A stretch of DNA of 64,000 nucleotides from Spizellomyces punctatus DAOM BR117 (taxonomy: Eukaryota), in assembly GCA_000182565.2 (NCBI GenBank), contig KQ257455.1. One strand, written 5' to 3'. Positions within the stretch are counted from its first letter, which is position 1. The number at the start of each line of letters is the position of its first letter. Made by a program: the position numbers and the translations under genes. Shown in pieces: positions 13,716 to 26,763 of the stretch. The notes under the pieces were generated by a model, which was not told the origin of the DNA, did no database searches, and saw only the letters and a list, made by a program, of their open reading frames with translations.

Positions 13716-14400
13716 TTAAGCTGTGGATTTCCTCAAGATTGGGACCTGCTGCTGGCAATGTGACCGAGACAGTGCAGCCAAGGTCGGCGCCCCTATTGCA
13801 TGATATTCCCATTGATTCCCAAAACGGCCGTCACTGTATTTGTATGATACTGACAGAGCTACCAGAGCTTCCACTGAAGTCATATGCATTTGCGCTGGGT
13901 TGACGCTCAATGTCCTAGTTTAGGGTATTGATCCCACTGCACGAGTTGGGTACCTCCGGTGCATCTACTTTACCTTGGCAATACTCCCTGTACGCTAGCT
14001 GTAAGAATGGGAACTGTCGTTGCACCCATGAAGGTCGTGAAGCTTGCTGAGGTTGCACCCGACAGTCATTCAAAGTACGAACAGACAGGACATTACATCT
14101 GAGTTGTTAACCCAATCCATAGACATACACATTGTTCGTGGAATGAGTACCCGCTGTAGGCGCGTGAATGGGCACCGCAGCGTATCCAACGTACGTTCCA
14201 GAAAATGCAAAGGTCAATGCTTGCACTGCACCGAGTAGTCCTCCAAAACAGTGGCAAAGCACCCGCGTATGTCCCCTCACAATTGCCTTGTCAATGGAAT
14301 AATCTTTTCCGAACCCTGGCTCCAAAAGATATTCGTATCGCCGAGTCATGTCCATCACCCCCATCCATACCACCATTATCTTTGATCCTGAAGAGATGGC
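13716..14400 (-). pseudogene. Decayed intron-containing gene, possibly class 3 lipase-like
   Basis: Fragments EPGFGKDY, RVLCHCFGGLLG (compare GHSLGG), TTFMG and QWEYHAIG in lipase-like order, with plausible splice sites; nucleophile motif not intact. Confidence 0.25.
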
Positions 14401-14902
14401 AAACCTCTGATGGGGACACCCTCGTGAGCATGGAGGCCAAGAAGACTCTTGGGTGGATGACCCTGATGAGGCTGACGAAGCCATCTTAAAGGCGACAAAG
14501 GCGTCCAAAGACGCGATCGATCAGGTATCATCTGCGGGGCATGTCCTCGACTGGTGTATGCAGCCAACTCGAAGAGTTGGATGTGCAGTAGAGGTCATTC
14601 AAACGGCACACTTCAAGAATGACATGTTTTTTCAAGCGACACCCAAGTCGGCTGCGAGTTGCATGGCAGTATGGAAGTAGACTGTATATTTGCCAAAAGG
14701 GCCTATGTGGCAATTACCTGTGCGTTTCGTTGTCCGTTGTCCAACGCAGTTCAGACGTCGAGTTGAGTGCTGCGCCTCGGAGGGTAACACGAGAGGTCCG
14801 CGCATCGCGTGACATTCAAGTTGGCAAAGTTGGCTTTTGTAAGTTGGTGCTTTCGACTTGCTAGTTTGCCCACCTAGAGTTGTCTTTTGCTTCAACATCA
14901 CA

Positions 14903-17337
14903 ATGCTTTGCACGCGCACCAGGCCCGCAGCCCGTTTCCTGCAGGTGAAGACATGCCTTGTGGACTTCTTTCTCGTCCTGCACACCTAACAATTCCTGTC
15001 TCAGTTGGCTAGCCGGACATGTACACTTGCCTCTGTGCGAGGAATGTCTCTTACAGCTACTGTGGAACGCACAAAGTCACAAAAGACACCGACTACACAA
15101 TTGTATGTCAACGGAGAGTTCTTTGAGTCACAGACGAAGCAGTGGTTTGAGTTGCGCAACCCAGTAAGTGCTCCACAAGCAAGCATAGTGCAAGAGTTAA
15201 GCGACTAATATGTTTTTCTTTATAGGCAACTCAGGAGCTCGTAACGTTGGTACCACAAGCGACGCCGGAGGAATTGAAGCATGCGTCCCGAACCGCTGAA
15301 GAGGCATTCAAGACATGGAAACAGAGCAGCGTATTGACTCGACAGCGGATCATGATGAATCTACAATTGCTCATAAGAGATAACATGGTGCGCTGATACT
15401 ATGGAACTTTAACTGTTGCAATATTGGATAATTGCTGAGCGCGAGCTTTTTATAGGATGAACTTGCGAAATCCATCACGACAGAACAAGGAAAGACATTT
15501 CCAGATGCCAAGGGTGATGTCCTGCGTGGTCTGCAAGTGTGAGTAAACTGCCATGCTGTTAAATCTCTGGACACTTGTTCCTCAACAGTCCGTGTCGCAG
15601 AGTTGAGAACGCGTGTGGTATCCCGTCGCTTCTGATGGGTGAGAAGCTTCCCGTTGCGCGAGACATGGACACGTTCACCATCCGTGAACCATTGGGCGTG
15701 GTCGCTGGTATTGCCCCTTTCAATTTCCCCGCTATGATACCCTTGGTAGGTTGTCCGTCAGCCTCCTCCAGGTTTGTGAGCACCGAAAACCTTATGATTT
15801 CAACATTTTACAGTGGATGTTCCCTTTGGCCATCGCAACAGGCAACACATGCCTCATCAAGCCTTCGGAGCGGGATCCGGGTGCTATGATGATATTGGCA
15901 AAGCTCGCTGAAGAAGCTGGTGTACCTAAAGGTGTTCTCAACGTTGTGCATGGCGGTACGTCAAGAACATTTTAAAAGTTCAAGAACATTGCGTTCAAAG
16001 ATACTAATGTGATCCATATATAGGTGTCGATACTGTAAATTTCCTCTGTGATGACCCTGCAATTCGTGCCATCTCGTTTGTTGGCTCAGACAGAGCTGGA
16101 AAATACATTTTCTCACGCGGAACTGCCAACGGGAAACGGGTTCAAGCCAACCTTGGAGCAAAGAACCATGGTGTGATTATGCCAGATGCGAACAAAAACC
16201 ACACCTTGAATCAGCTTCTTGGAGCTGCTTTCGGAGCTGCTGGTCAGCGTTGCATGGCGTTATCTACTGTCGTGTTTGTGGGAAAAGCGAGGGAATGGTT
16301 GCCGGAGCTTGTGGAACGCGCCAAGACGTTGAAGGTTACTGGGGGATTTGAGGAGGGCGCTGATTTAGGGCCACTTATTACTCCCCAGGCTAAGGAACGC
16401 TGTGAAGAGCTGATTCAATCTGGTAACCAAGTAACATTTCATGATATATTGTGCAATCACTGAGGCGTATTGCTGCCATTTTACATAGGTATTGATGAAG
16501 GCGCTACATTGCTGCTGGACGGACGGAACCCTCAGGTTGAGATCACGTTCTTGGTTGTGCCCGATGGCATGTGCGCTTACTGTTCTTTAGGTTCCTGAGA
16601 AGTACAAGGCCGGAAACTTCGTTGGTCCAACCATATTAGGAGATGTAAAACCGACAATGCGATGCTACACCGAAGAGATCTTTGGTCCAGTCTGTATTCG
16701 GGTCAAAGGCCGCACAGTTTGCATTCATTTGGCTTATATGTAGTTTCCAGGTTTTGGTATGCCTTTCAGCTGACACCTTGGATGATGCGATCAAGATGGT
16801 GAACAGAAACCCGTATGGTAAGGTGGTTGTGTTCTAATTTGGCCGCTCGCTTGTGACTAACCTTGTGATGCTCTATAGGCAATGGAACTGCTATTTTTAC
16901 CAATTCGGGCGCAATTGCTCGCAAGTTCACGGAGGAGATTGATGTTGGCCAAGTCGGGTAAGCCCTTGACATCCAGTATTTGGTATCAAGGCTTCACTAA
17001 CATTATTGTAATACCCAGTGTGAATGTCCCCATCCCTGTCCCGCTGCCTATGTTCTCGTAAGTTTTGCACAGTCAAGTTACAATTATGCGTCAAGATTCT
17101 TATCTTGGCTCAATGTATTACCAGGTTCACCGGGAGTCGCGGAAGCATTCAGGGAGACCTCAACTTTTACGGAAAAAGCGGCATTCAGGTAGAGTATCTG
17201 TCACATAACGCTGAGATAACTTTGATATTCACTATCATTTGTAGTTTTACACTTCGACGAAGACAGTTACGCAACTCTGGAGACACGAAGATGCCACTGA
17301 GCTGGAGGCAGCTGTCAACATGCCTACCCATCACTAA
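14903..17337 (+). CDS. ALDH6A1: Mitochondrial methylmalonate-semialdehyde dehydrogenase (CoA-acylating), many introns
   Basis: [49 protein letters not shown] motifs. Confidence 0.95.
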
Positions 17338-17872
17338 AATGATCAGACAGCAGTATGTGTAGTGTTGCTTGCCATAGATAGCTAGTGAGACAGTATATGA
17401 CATAGGGCATGTGAGGTAACGGAAGCAATACATCCACTAGTAGCATGGCATTATCAGGACTGTGATTGCCCGCGGGGCAGAGAAATGTTTGCTAGCTGCT
17501 TTAAGAAGTTTTCAGCCTGCTCTTTCCCAGACGGTATGCTCAAAACAGGTATGTTCGGCCTCTCGGTGGTTTCGTCACCGAAGTGCATCTGCGTTAAGGT
17601 TTAGGCCAACTGAACACAATACAGTCTGGTCTTGGAACGTGCCTTTCCGTCGTCTGGAACCATCTCGCCGCTACATACGGAGTTGTTATTTTCAGGGAGT
17701 TTTGCTGCTCGGGGGGCTTGCGAGGGAGTTTCCATTGTTCCAACTTACAATTGTTGCCAATGTGCCGTTTCCAGTATCGTCGCGTGTATCCGTCCGAGAC
17801 TTCCGGACACAGACGAGCATTTTCCTTGGACTTGCAGAATCGTCAAAGAAATGAATTTCAAGATCCTACCTA

Positions 17873-20800
17873 ATGTTGGCACGATCCCCAACCCCTCCTC
17901 TACATCCCCATTATGCCTCTGAACAACTCCTAGAGATCCTGGGCTCTAGACACTCCCATCCAGAATCAATTTCAACAAAGCTTCACCCGTTGATTGTGGT
18001 CTGTCTCTATTCGGCCTTTATGTACTTTTGACCCGCCACTGAAATGCACTGGATATGTAGCCTTGTCTCGAAGAATTCCGTCAAACGCCGTCCCTACTTC
18101 GTTTGCCAGCATTCTGGCAGCCTTTCGGGTCTGACTCTGAACAGCGAAATGCTTGCGCGGCATACAATTTCGTATCTGAGTTGGTGAACGTTTTACGGGT
18201 TTCGGGCAGTGAAAAGGAATTGTATTTGAGAACAAATGAGATATTGGAACTACTAGGTGGATTTCAATGCTGTTCTGTCTTCCGAGATTGCTAGAGCCTT
18301 ATGTTTATCTGCTTGTCGCGACCGTGTTTCTTAGCGAAGGATTCGTTATGGCGAGAACTTATTGCTGTATTTCAAGTGCCGCTCATGGAGATCTTGGCCC
18401 TTGATCTCACGAAATGCACTGACAAGCTTCCAAAGGTGCCTTTTACGAGTGCGCGGTGACCCATGCAGCCCATTATAATTTGGTACATTCGTCGTAGCTT
18501 GTTACTCTTCTGAGTATCATTACATATAAAAGCGAGGTGAAATGCACTGCACCGGACTTTGTTGAAATCCTTTGTGATAAGATGTGAGTAAAGGTGGGTT
18601 GAATGGGACTTGGGCCACCAGTGGGATCAGAGTTACATGAGTTATATCGTTGCCAGCATGACCATTGAGACCCTCAACTCGGAGATACTGGGATTATTTT
18701 CCAACCTTTGCGAGTCCGAGGCGTTCCGGAATACCCTCTTATCCGTATCAGTACTACCACGAATATTGCGGCGATTGGTGAAGATGCTGAGCGACGAGGT
18801 TAGCTTGATACGTTTTATGGCTTCCTTGCATAAAACTTATCTAGTTTTGTGACGTAGAACTTGATTCTCGTGATTTACAGCCTCCAGATTCTCGTGCAAC
18901 TTGTTGGATGCACCAGTATTATCCAAAATCTATTTAACGATGCAAATGTTCAAGAAGCATGGAAATTGGTTGTTACTATATTGAGCAAGCAGAATTCCCA
19001 AGAATCGTGCCACGAGGCTGCTATCGACTTGCTAGAATTCATGTTCCGGCAAGAGAAGTTGGTGGGAACTTTGAAAAGGTATGTTCTGGAAACTTGATTG
19101 GCAGGAGGGCTGTATTTTGACGAATTTTAGATATGTGTCAGATACGCAGGTCATACGCAAATTACTGCTGTCTTTGTCGAAAGATGAAGCACTTTTGTCC
19201 CAAGTATGGTAACCTCCAGAGAAATACCGAATTACTCTTTGCATCTCATTAATGCTGGATGTCGTATAAGATGTGCCGTTTTGCGGCGGTGATGATGGAG
19301 AATTGCAAATATAGTCACCAGCTACTAGCAGTAGTACTAGAGTCCGATGCAGTACCGAAGGCGTTGGAGGGCATTGCCCAATATTGTCTTGAGCCGAAAG
19401 AGAAGCTGGTTCGTGGCCGTAACGGGCAACATGATCGGGGAATGCAAATCCGCTCCAGCACCGTCAACGCATGTAGTTTTTTGCGAACCGTACTTATCGC
19501 GGTACTGTACCATAATAGCCTCCTTCATCCTTGGACGGACGCTGGACTAACTCATTCCTATAGCTCGAGAATGAATCTGTAACGCAAGAAGAGTTTGATC
19601 GACTTGCCGACCAGTTTATCCCATCAATACCCCTGTTGCTTGATTGCCTTGCGTCGGCTTTGGAAACCGTCAAGGAAGATCAAATGAACGTCGAACCTGA
19701 GAATCATGAATCAGCCCAGCGGTTGACACAAAAAGAATTGCTAGAACTTGCCCAAACGATTGATGATATCCTTTTGTTATTGATTTTGCTTTCTTTCGAG
19801 TATATAGCTTTTGCAAGTGCCTTGACTCTTCACACTTTTGATTACATTCCCCCGGTTCGATCTAGACGAGGCGGATATGGAAGCAGTTGATACTGAACGG
19901 TGGATATCTATTGCCTTGGAAATTGCCGTGGCGTATCTATGGAGCAATATGAAGAGTGGGGATGCATGTGCTGCTGTTTTTACTCTCGTTACTCACTTGG
20001 GAGAGACCAAGAAAGTGCCGTATGCGCTGGAGGTGAGATGAAAATCAGGAGCCACTTGCTGATGAAGCCGCAATGACCATATCCTTAGTTTCTGTCAAGC
20101 GATGAGGTTGCCAAAACGCTAGCGACAATAATGCGTGAATCTTCCTGCTGTTCTACAATTGAGCGTATCCTGGCTCTGGTCGCACGAACAACTCATTGCC
20201 AACAAATGTCAGTAAGGTTGTTGTAAAGTTGAATCTATTCGGCTGCTAACTTTGACCGCAGGCTAGGTCGTTCTCTGGCTCGACTGAATATATCGAGAGC
20301 AGCTGAAGACTGGCAAGAGAAGGATATCGTAAATAATGCGAATAATGTAGACACAAATCTTGGTCGAGTTACTGCTTGTTCAAAACCAAAGAAAAGATTC
20401 GAGTTAAAAGAAGTGGACGAGACGTTGGCAACCTTGGAAAAGCTGGTAACCTCTTTCAGCCGTATTCAAAACAACGGCGATTGTCCTTAAGACATGGCAA
20501 TTTCAGGAAGAGGAGCTTGCTATCACACGAGAGAACATGCGCAAAGAGATGGAGCTCAAAGATGCGATTTCTCAGCGGAAGATCTCTGTCCACTCGAACA
20601 AATCAGAATTCCTGAAGGTGAGTTAATGGATTGAGACAACCTAGTTCAATTTCTCACAGCTTGGTGGTATCCATAGGCAGAACTGGATCGGTTAACTGTA
20701 TGGTGGTTGGGTGGAGTTTGACTCCCACGTTTAGCATCTTATAAGAGTCTCCTATTCTAGGAATGTTTGGACCAGAAGACATCTGCTCTTGAACAAAGCG

Positions 20801-21572
20801 AAATAGCAAATGCAGATATGACCCAGAAGGTGAGCAAAGTGCCTTAGATGGCTCCAAATATGGAACTTACTGAACACCGATGTTAATTTGACCACTAGGT
20901 AGCGGATTTGCAGAGGTCACTTTCAGAAGCAAGACACGAGAGTAGCAGAATCAAGGGAGAGCTTATCCAAATGACGGAAGAAACAAATAGATACAAGAAA
21001 AAGAATCATGAGACTGAGCAAGCATTGGCATGTTGTCGAGAGAAGTAAGTTATTCACCAGCATACGTTCACGCGCACATGAAGCGCCTTTATTCAGAACC
21101 TTTTCTATAGACTTCGAGAGGTGACGGATGAAGCTGCATCTGCCACAGAGAATATCCACCGCCTCGAACATGAGAAGGATGCACAGGGAAAAGCGCATAA
21201 GGCCCGGCAAAAGGAATTGCAGCTGGAGATACAAGATTTAACCCATCAACTAAAGGAATTGCAGGCAGAGGTACGGCCTAGTGAATCCTCTAGACATGTA
21301 GTAGCTCATCTCTAATCATAATCCTGGTATAGAGAGCTTTATTCCAACAAACCACGGTCGCTCAAAAGGCACGGATTTCCACCCTGGAGGAAAAGGTGAA
21401 AGAGCTGCAACTTGAGCTCGGAGACCAGGAACGTGAGCATGATGAAATCGTGATGAAATTGGCACAAAGTTTAAATAGCCTTAATTTGCGGAAACGAAAA
21501 GGCGTGGTTGCGGTTGGGGGAAAGATGAAGGATGAAGTTGATGAAGAGCTGTCCAGTGGGCAGGAGCCTTGA
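17873..21572 (+). CDS. CIP2A: CIP2A (KIAA1524)-like protein: N-terminal ARM repeats plus C-terminal coiled coil
   Basis: Spliced segment LLSIITYK...ILGLFSNLC...LVKMLSDE|NLILVIYSLQILVQL...LFNDANVQEAWKLVVTIL...AIDLLEFMFRQEKLVGTLKRY is colinear with recalled human CIP2A (LLQKLTYN...CLGLLANLC...LTVVVFALSILSSL...LFHARNI...[21 protein letters not shown]); long E/K-rich coiled-coil tail. Confidence 0.78.
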
Positions 21573-21728
21573 ATAAACCAATGGTTGCAATGTGCAATTT
21601 ATCTCTTTTTGGAAGAATGGCGGTGTCATTTCGCGCTGGTCATTAAACCGAGCAAGTTCGGTCCAAAGTGAGATTTCCCACTTCAACTACTTTTCGTCTT
21701 TTCATCTGTGCATTATCTATTATTCGCC

Positions 21729-22218
21729 ATGTCGCAACCATCGGGCAAAACCGCACAAGTGCAGGACCAAGTGAATGAGGTCGTCGGCATTATGCAAGGT
21801 GAAAACTCGCACAACTGGCGAAGAACTTCTCAAGGCGGTGGCTGACTCAATTCCTACAGATAATATCAATAAGGTCATGCAAAGAGGCGAGCAACTTGAC
21901 ACCCTACAGGACAAGACAGGTATGTCCTGCCAATATGGCTGTGGCATATAGCAGCGGACTGACTCTATATCTTTGTGCAGAGGACCTTCAAAACTCCTCG
22001 CTACAATTCAAGCGAGGAGCAAACAGGGTCCGAAAACAAATGTGGTGGAAGGATATGAAGATGAAGCTTATCCTTGGAGGGGTCATTGCAGCTGTTTTGA
22101 TTATTATTATTGGTGCGTCTGCAAGACAGTATTCGATTACTGAGAAGGAGCAGAAGGAGAACTGACATTTCCTTTTTCCTTGTCGTCAGTCTCGGTTATT
22201 TCTAGCACGAAGAAGTAG
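21729..22218 (+). CDS. SNC1: Synaptobrevin/VAMP R-SNARE (Snc1/2-like), 4 exons
   Basis: QVNEVVGIMQDNINKVMQRGEQL...FKRGANRVRKQMWWKDMKMK followed by a TM helix. Confidence 0.95.
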
Positions 22219-22586
22219 ACTAAGAAATTGTTTACTGCTCTTGAAAGTATGGCGGCATCTTGATACCACGGCGCTTATCGACCCAGGCGTATGCGCCCCC
22301 ATCGGCTATTTTTTTGGATGGAGTCTATAATGTAGTTTGAATAGGCGCCTTTCGAAGTTTGTATTTTTACTTATTAATTATTGACTGTAACTCACACATC
22401 ATTACCATGCTGAAAAAAAAAGAGAGCGTTATGGTGTTGGTGCAAAATGGTTCAAAGATGCACTTCAGCTCAATCCAGTATTGAGGCATTGATCGTTAAA
22501 GTTCCCTTGTTGCCATGGCAATATCAAATGGTGCTTTTACGTTGTTCGTTCTCCGTCCACATTCCTACGCACACTGGGTACGCATC

Positions 22587-24146
22587 ATGTCACCGGCAAA
22601 GACAGGCGCATCCCCTCCTGCTCCGACCACCTTTCTCGATGGTGCGGCTTACACTGTCACCCAAACAGAGGATTCTTTGACGATTACATTGCCAGTTCCC
22701 GACGAATATGACCCTAAACGCCGTGAGGGAGATGTGGTTGAGATACAAGAAAATACCCTCTTAGTTAAGGTTCAAGGAGAGGAGACTCCTCGACTCTCTG
22801 GCTGGCTTTTTCATCCCATCAACAAGTTTGACTCGGTGTATGACCTCCAAAGAGACGCAAGAACGGACTTGCGTCTCTTGAACCTAAACCTCACCAAAGC
22901 TGGTCCTTCCGACTCATTCATGCCTGCACCAACATACCCTGTCCTTTTTTCATCTGGTCTCAACACCCCTGCACCCATGCCGAAAGATGCAGCTTTGGAC
23001 GATATGGACCCTCACTCGTTGTTCCTTCTGGCGGACTGGATGCTCAAAAGACTAGCAAAGCCCGACCGTGCTTTGGCATGGTACAGTAAAGCCGCAGAAC
23101 GTGGCAGCATCATGGCGTGCTTGAAATTGGGAGCATGGTTTGAACTGGGTAAAGATGCGCACAAGGATATACCTGTGGAACGCGATCGTGCAAAGGCTTT
23201 CGAATACCACCTGCGTGCGGCCGATCTGGGACACCCGGAGGCCTGCTTAATTGTGAGCGAATGGTTTGCGCCGATGAGTCAGGATATGCTGATAAAGCTG
23301 CGACCTGGAGAAGAGGAGACTCAAAATTTGGGCGTGCAAACCCAGGAAAAGGATTTTGCCAAAGCGGTTAGCTATCTGGATCGGTTACGAGATATTGTCA
23401 TCCAGCACCGGGCGACACAAGCTCCCTCGACTCGTGAGCTAATGGGATTGGCAATGTGGCGTGCTGGTGTCTTGTACGCCGAAGGCGGGAACGGTCTTCC
23501 TTCCTCTGCGGAAGGTATTTCCCAGTCGTTTGCTTATTTCTCTACAGCCGCACTGGACTACCGTCACCCGCGAGCTATGTGGTCTCTAGCTCTATACTAT
23601 ATAAATGGATTCGGCTGCGATCAAAACATCCCTCAAGGCGTCGAGCTGCTTAAAGAAGCTTTGGCCGCTGACCCAAAACTGGATCTCCCCCCGCAATTTC
23701 AGGGGCTCGATGGCATTGGCCTGGATATCTTAGTCGGAGTGGAGAAGGAAGCGAGAACGGTGAATGGTGTCGAGCCGGGCAAAATCTTGGATGTGGAGAG
23801 TCTTGTCAACGCTGCTCGACGTGTGGTTGAAAAGGCGGGAGGCAAGGAAAAAGTGGAGGACACTGTAGAAAAGGCTTTGAAAGAGTTGGAACTTTCCGTT
23901 GTCAAGGTTAACATGATGGAAGAACCCGCTGGCACAAAGGCAGAAGCAAAGGTAGAGGAAAAAATTCATGTAGAAAAGTCTGCTAAACTGAAGAAAAGAA
24001 GAGTATCAAAAGCGAAAGCGAAAGCCAAGTCCAGAACGCGGAACACTGGGTGGTCTGGTATGGAGATTGCTGTGGGAGTGGGTATTGTCGCAGCTGTGGG
24101 GGCTGGGCTGTGGATCTGGATGCGGAGCTCAAAAGTCAAAGCTTGA
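22587..24146 (+). CDS. Intronless protein: CS/p23-like domain, SEL1 repeats and C-terminal tail anchor (alternative start 22515)
   Basis: YTVTQTEDSLTITLPVP (CS-like); ALAWYSKAAERG, KAFEYHLRAADLGHPEA, AMWSLALYYINGFGC (SEL1); C-terminal hydrophobic helix plus basic tail. Confidence 0.8.
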   Translation: MSPAKTGASPPAPTTFLDGAAYTVTQTEDSLTITLPVPDEYDPKRREGDVVEIQENTLLVKVQGEETPRLSGWLFHPINKFDSVYDLQRDARTDLRLLNLNLTKAGPSDSFMPAPTYPVLFSSGLNTPAPMPKDAALDDMDPHSLFLLADWMLKRLAKPDRALAWYSKAAERGSIMACLKLGAWFELGKDAHKDIPVERDRAKAFEYHLRAADLGHPEACLIVSEWFAPMSQDMLIKLRPGEEETQNLGVQTQEKDFAKAVSYLDRLRDIVIQHRATQAPSTRELMGLAMWRAGVLYAEGGNGLPSSAEGISQSFAYFSTAALDYRHPRAMWSLALYYINGFGCDQNIPQGVELLKEALAADPKLDLPPQFQGLDGIGLDILVGVEKEARTVNGVEPGKILDVESLVNAARRVVEKAGGKEKVEDTVEKALKELELSVVKVNMMEEPAGTKAEAKVEEKIHVEKSAKLKKRRVSKAKAKAKSRTRNTGWSGMEIAVGVGIVAAVGAGLWIWMRSSKVKA

Positions 24147-24623
24147 GCCATCCCGAACCTTTCCTTTCGCACACTTGTATACACATTATTTATTCATGTC
24201 AGCATTTTTTGCATGTTCCAATATCATTAAAACTTTTTGGATCGAGGGTCAATGTTTGTTAAAACACATGCAAAAGCAACAGCGTCGCTGAGTTTACTAT
24301 TAATAGAAACAGCCCGTTGAAAGGAAAGGAGACCGTAGCGGCCATCAACATTGCCTAATGCTTTTCCTTGCTGCTATCGACGTTGACTGACTGCGAGAAA
24401 CGGCACATGAAGTCAAGGGGAAGCGGTTCATCAAATGACAAAATGGTGATACAGCACACAAGTCGTGGAATCTGCTAGGTAGATAGAGGCGTTCTTTCTT
24501 TGGCTATCTTTTTACATAAAGCATCTCACCTCGCTCACCACCCTCCCTCGTCCATATCCACCGTACTTCAAAGCCCAAAATTAACCTTCAACCCACAACT
24601 CTCCTGACAGAAACGTATCCATC

Positions 24624-25325
24624 ATGCGTCTAACAACAGCTCTAACTGCGCTCTTCAGTCTCTTATCGGCAACAACAGCACTGGCCCAACTTCAGGTCCC
24701 TAACTGTCTTCCAACTGATGTCGAGTGCTTTATGACAAAGGCCCAATACACCGTCCTCGGTACGATCACCTCTAACAATGCAAACTCGACAGACCCAGGT
24801 GCATCTCCCGCAAACTACAATGCAACGATGCTGATTCAGTGTGTGTACGCGTCCTTTGGGAACAACAAGGGAACTGGAGCGAATATGGCGAATAATCAAT
24901 TGACGGTAACGGGCTTTGGATTCCCGAACCCGAATTGTCCTCCAAACACTGGTGCCCAAGCCATAGTGAACTCGTCCTCTATCTACTTTATCTACGTTGC
25001 GACGAGCGTGCCTCAGGGTGGTATGCCAATCTACACCGTTTTCAACCCTTGTGGAGGTGGGATCCCTTTCAGTGACGAGAATTTGAACAAGCTGGGAGCC
25101 ATTGTTGCCAAGAACCCGCAGAATGCGATTCCCCCGGCAAACCAAGGAAATCCAGCAAAGTGCACTCTCCCGACTCCCACACCGGTCTCGACCATAGCGC
25201 CGACAGCAACAGGGTCTAACAAGCCATTGGAGTTGCCTTCGAATGCTGTTGTAATTCCTCAGTGGACTGTGTTAAGTGTTGTTGGCGCGATCTTTGTTAC
25301 TGTTCTTACTGTGGTCTTGGCCTAA
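24624..25325 (+). CDS. Secreted, probably GPI-anchored Cys-containing surface protein with an NtA (agrin N-terminal)/TIMP-like domain
   Basis: Signal peptide, six Cys, P/T-rich stalk, hydrophobic C-terminus; AQYTVLGTI...YNATM...NQLTVTGFG-P--C...IYFI pattern. ORF is solid, domain call is from memory. Confidence 0.7.
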   Translation: MRLTTALTALFSLLSATTALAQLQVPNCLPTDVECFMTKAQYTVLGTITSNNANSTDPGASPANYNATMLIQCVYASFGNNKGTGANMANNQLTVTGFGFPNPNCPPNTGAQAIVNSSSIYFIYVATSVPQGGMPIYTVFNPCGGGIPFSDENLNKLGAIVAKNPQNAIPPANQGNPAKCTLPTPTPVSTIAPTATGSNKPLELPSNAVVIPQWTVLSVVGAIFVTVLTVVLA

Positions 25326-25454
25326 ATGTACATTGTCTCTTACTGTCTTGTAATTTTACCTTATATATAGTCTATTAACATCCATAGTATAAATGTTTTG
25401 ATCGTTTATTTGCAAAGTATTACGTGGTCGAAAATGCAAGGTGGCAGGCGAAGC

Positions 25455-26577
<1,123 letters not shown>

Positions 26578-26763
26578 TGTCGTGCGTCGAAAGTCGCTTG
26601 GGTACTGCGACGATCTCAAAAGGTCTTCATTATGGCTGTTGCCATGGTATCTGATATCACATATCGTATATATTCCAAGGGCACCTCAAAAAACCACCGA
26701 GATATCAACATCTTTCTTTCCCAATAATGTACACCCCAAGGACCAGCCATGAAAAGAAACTAG

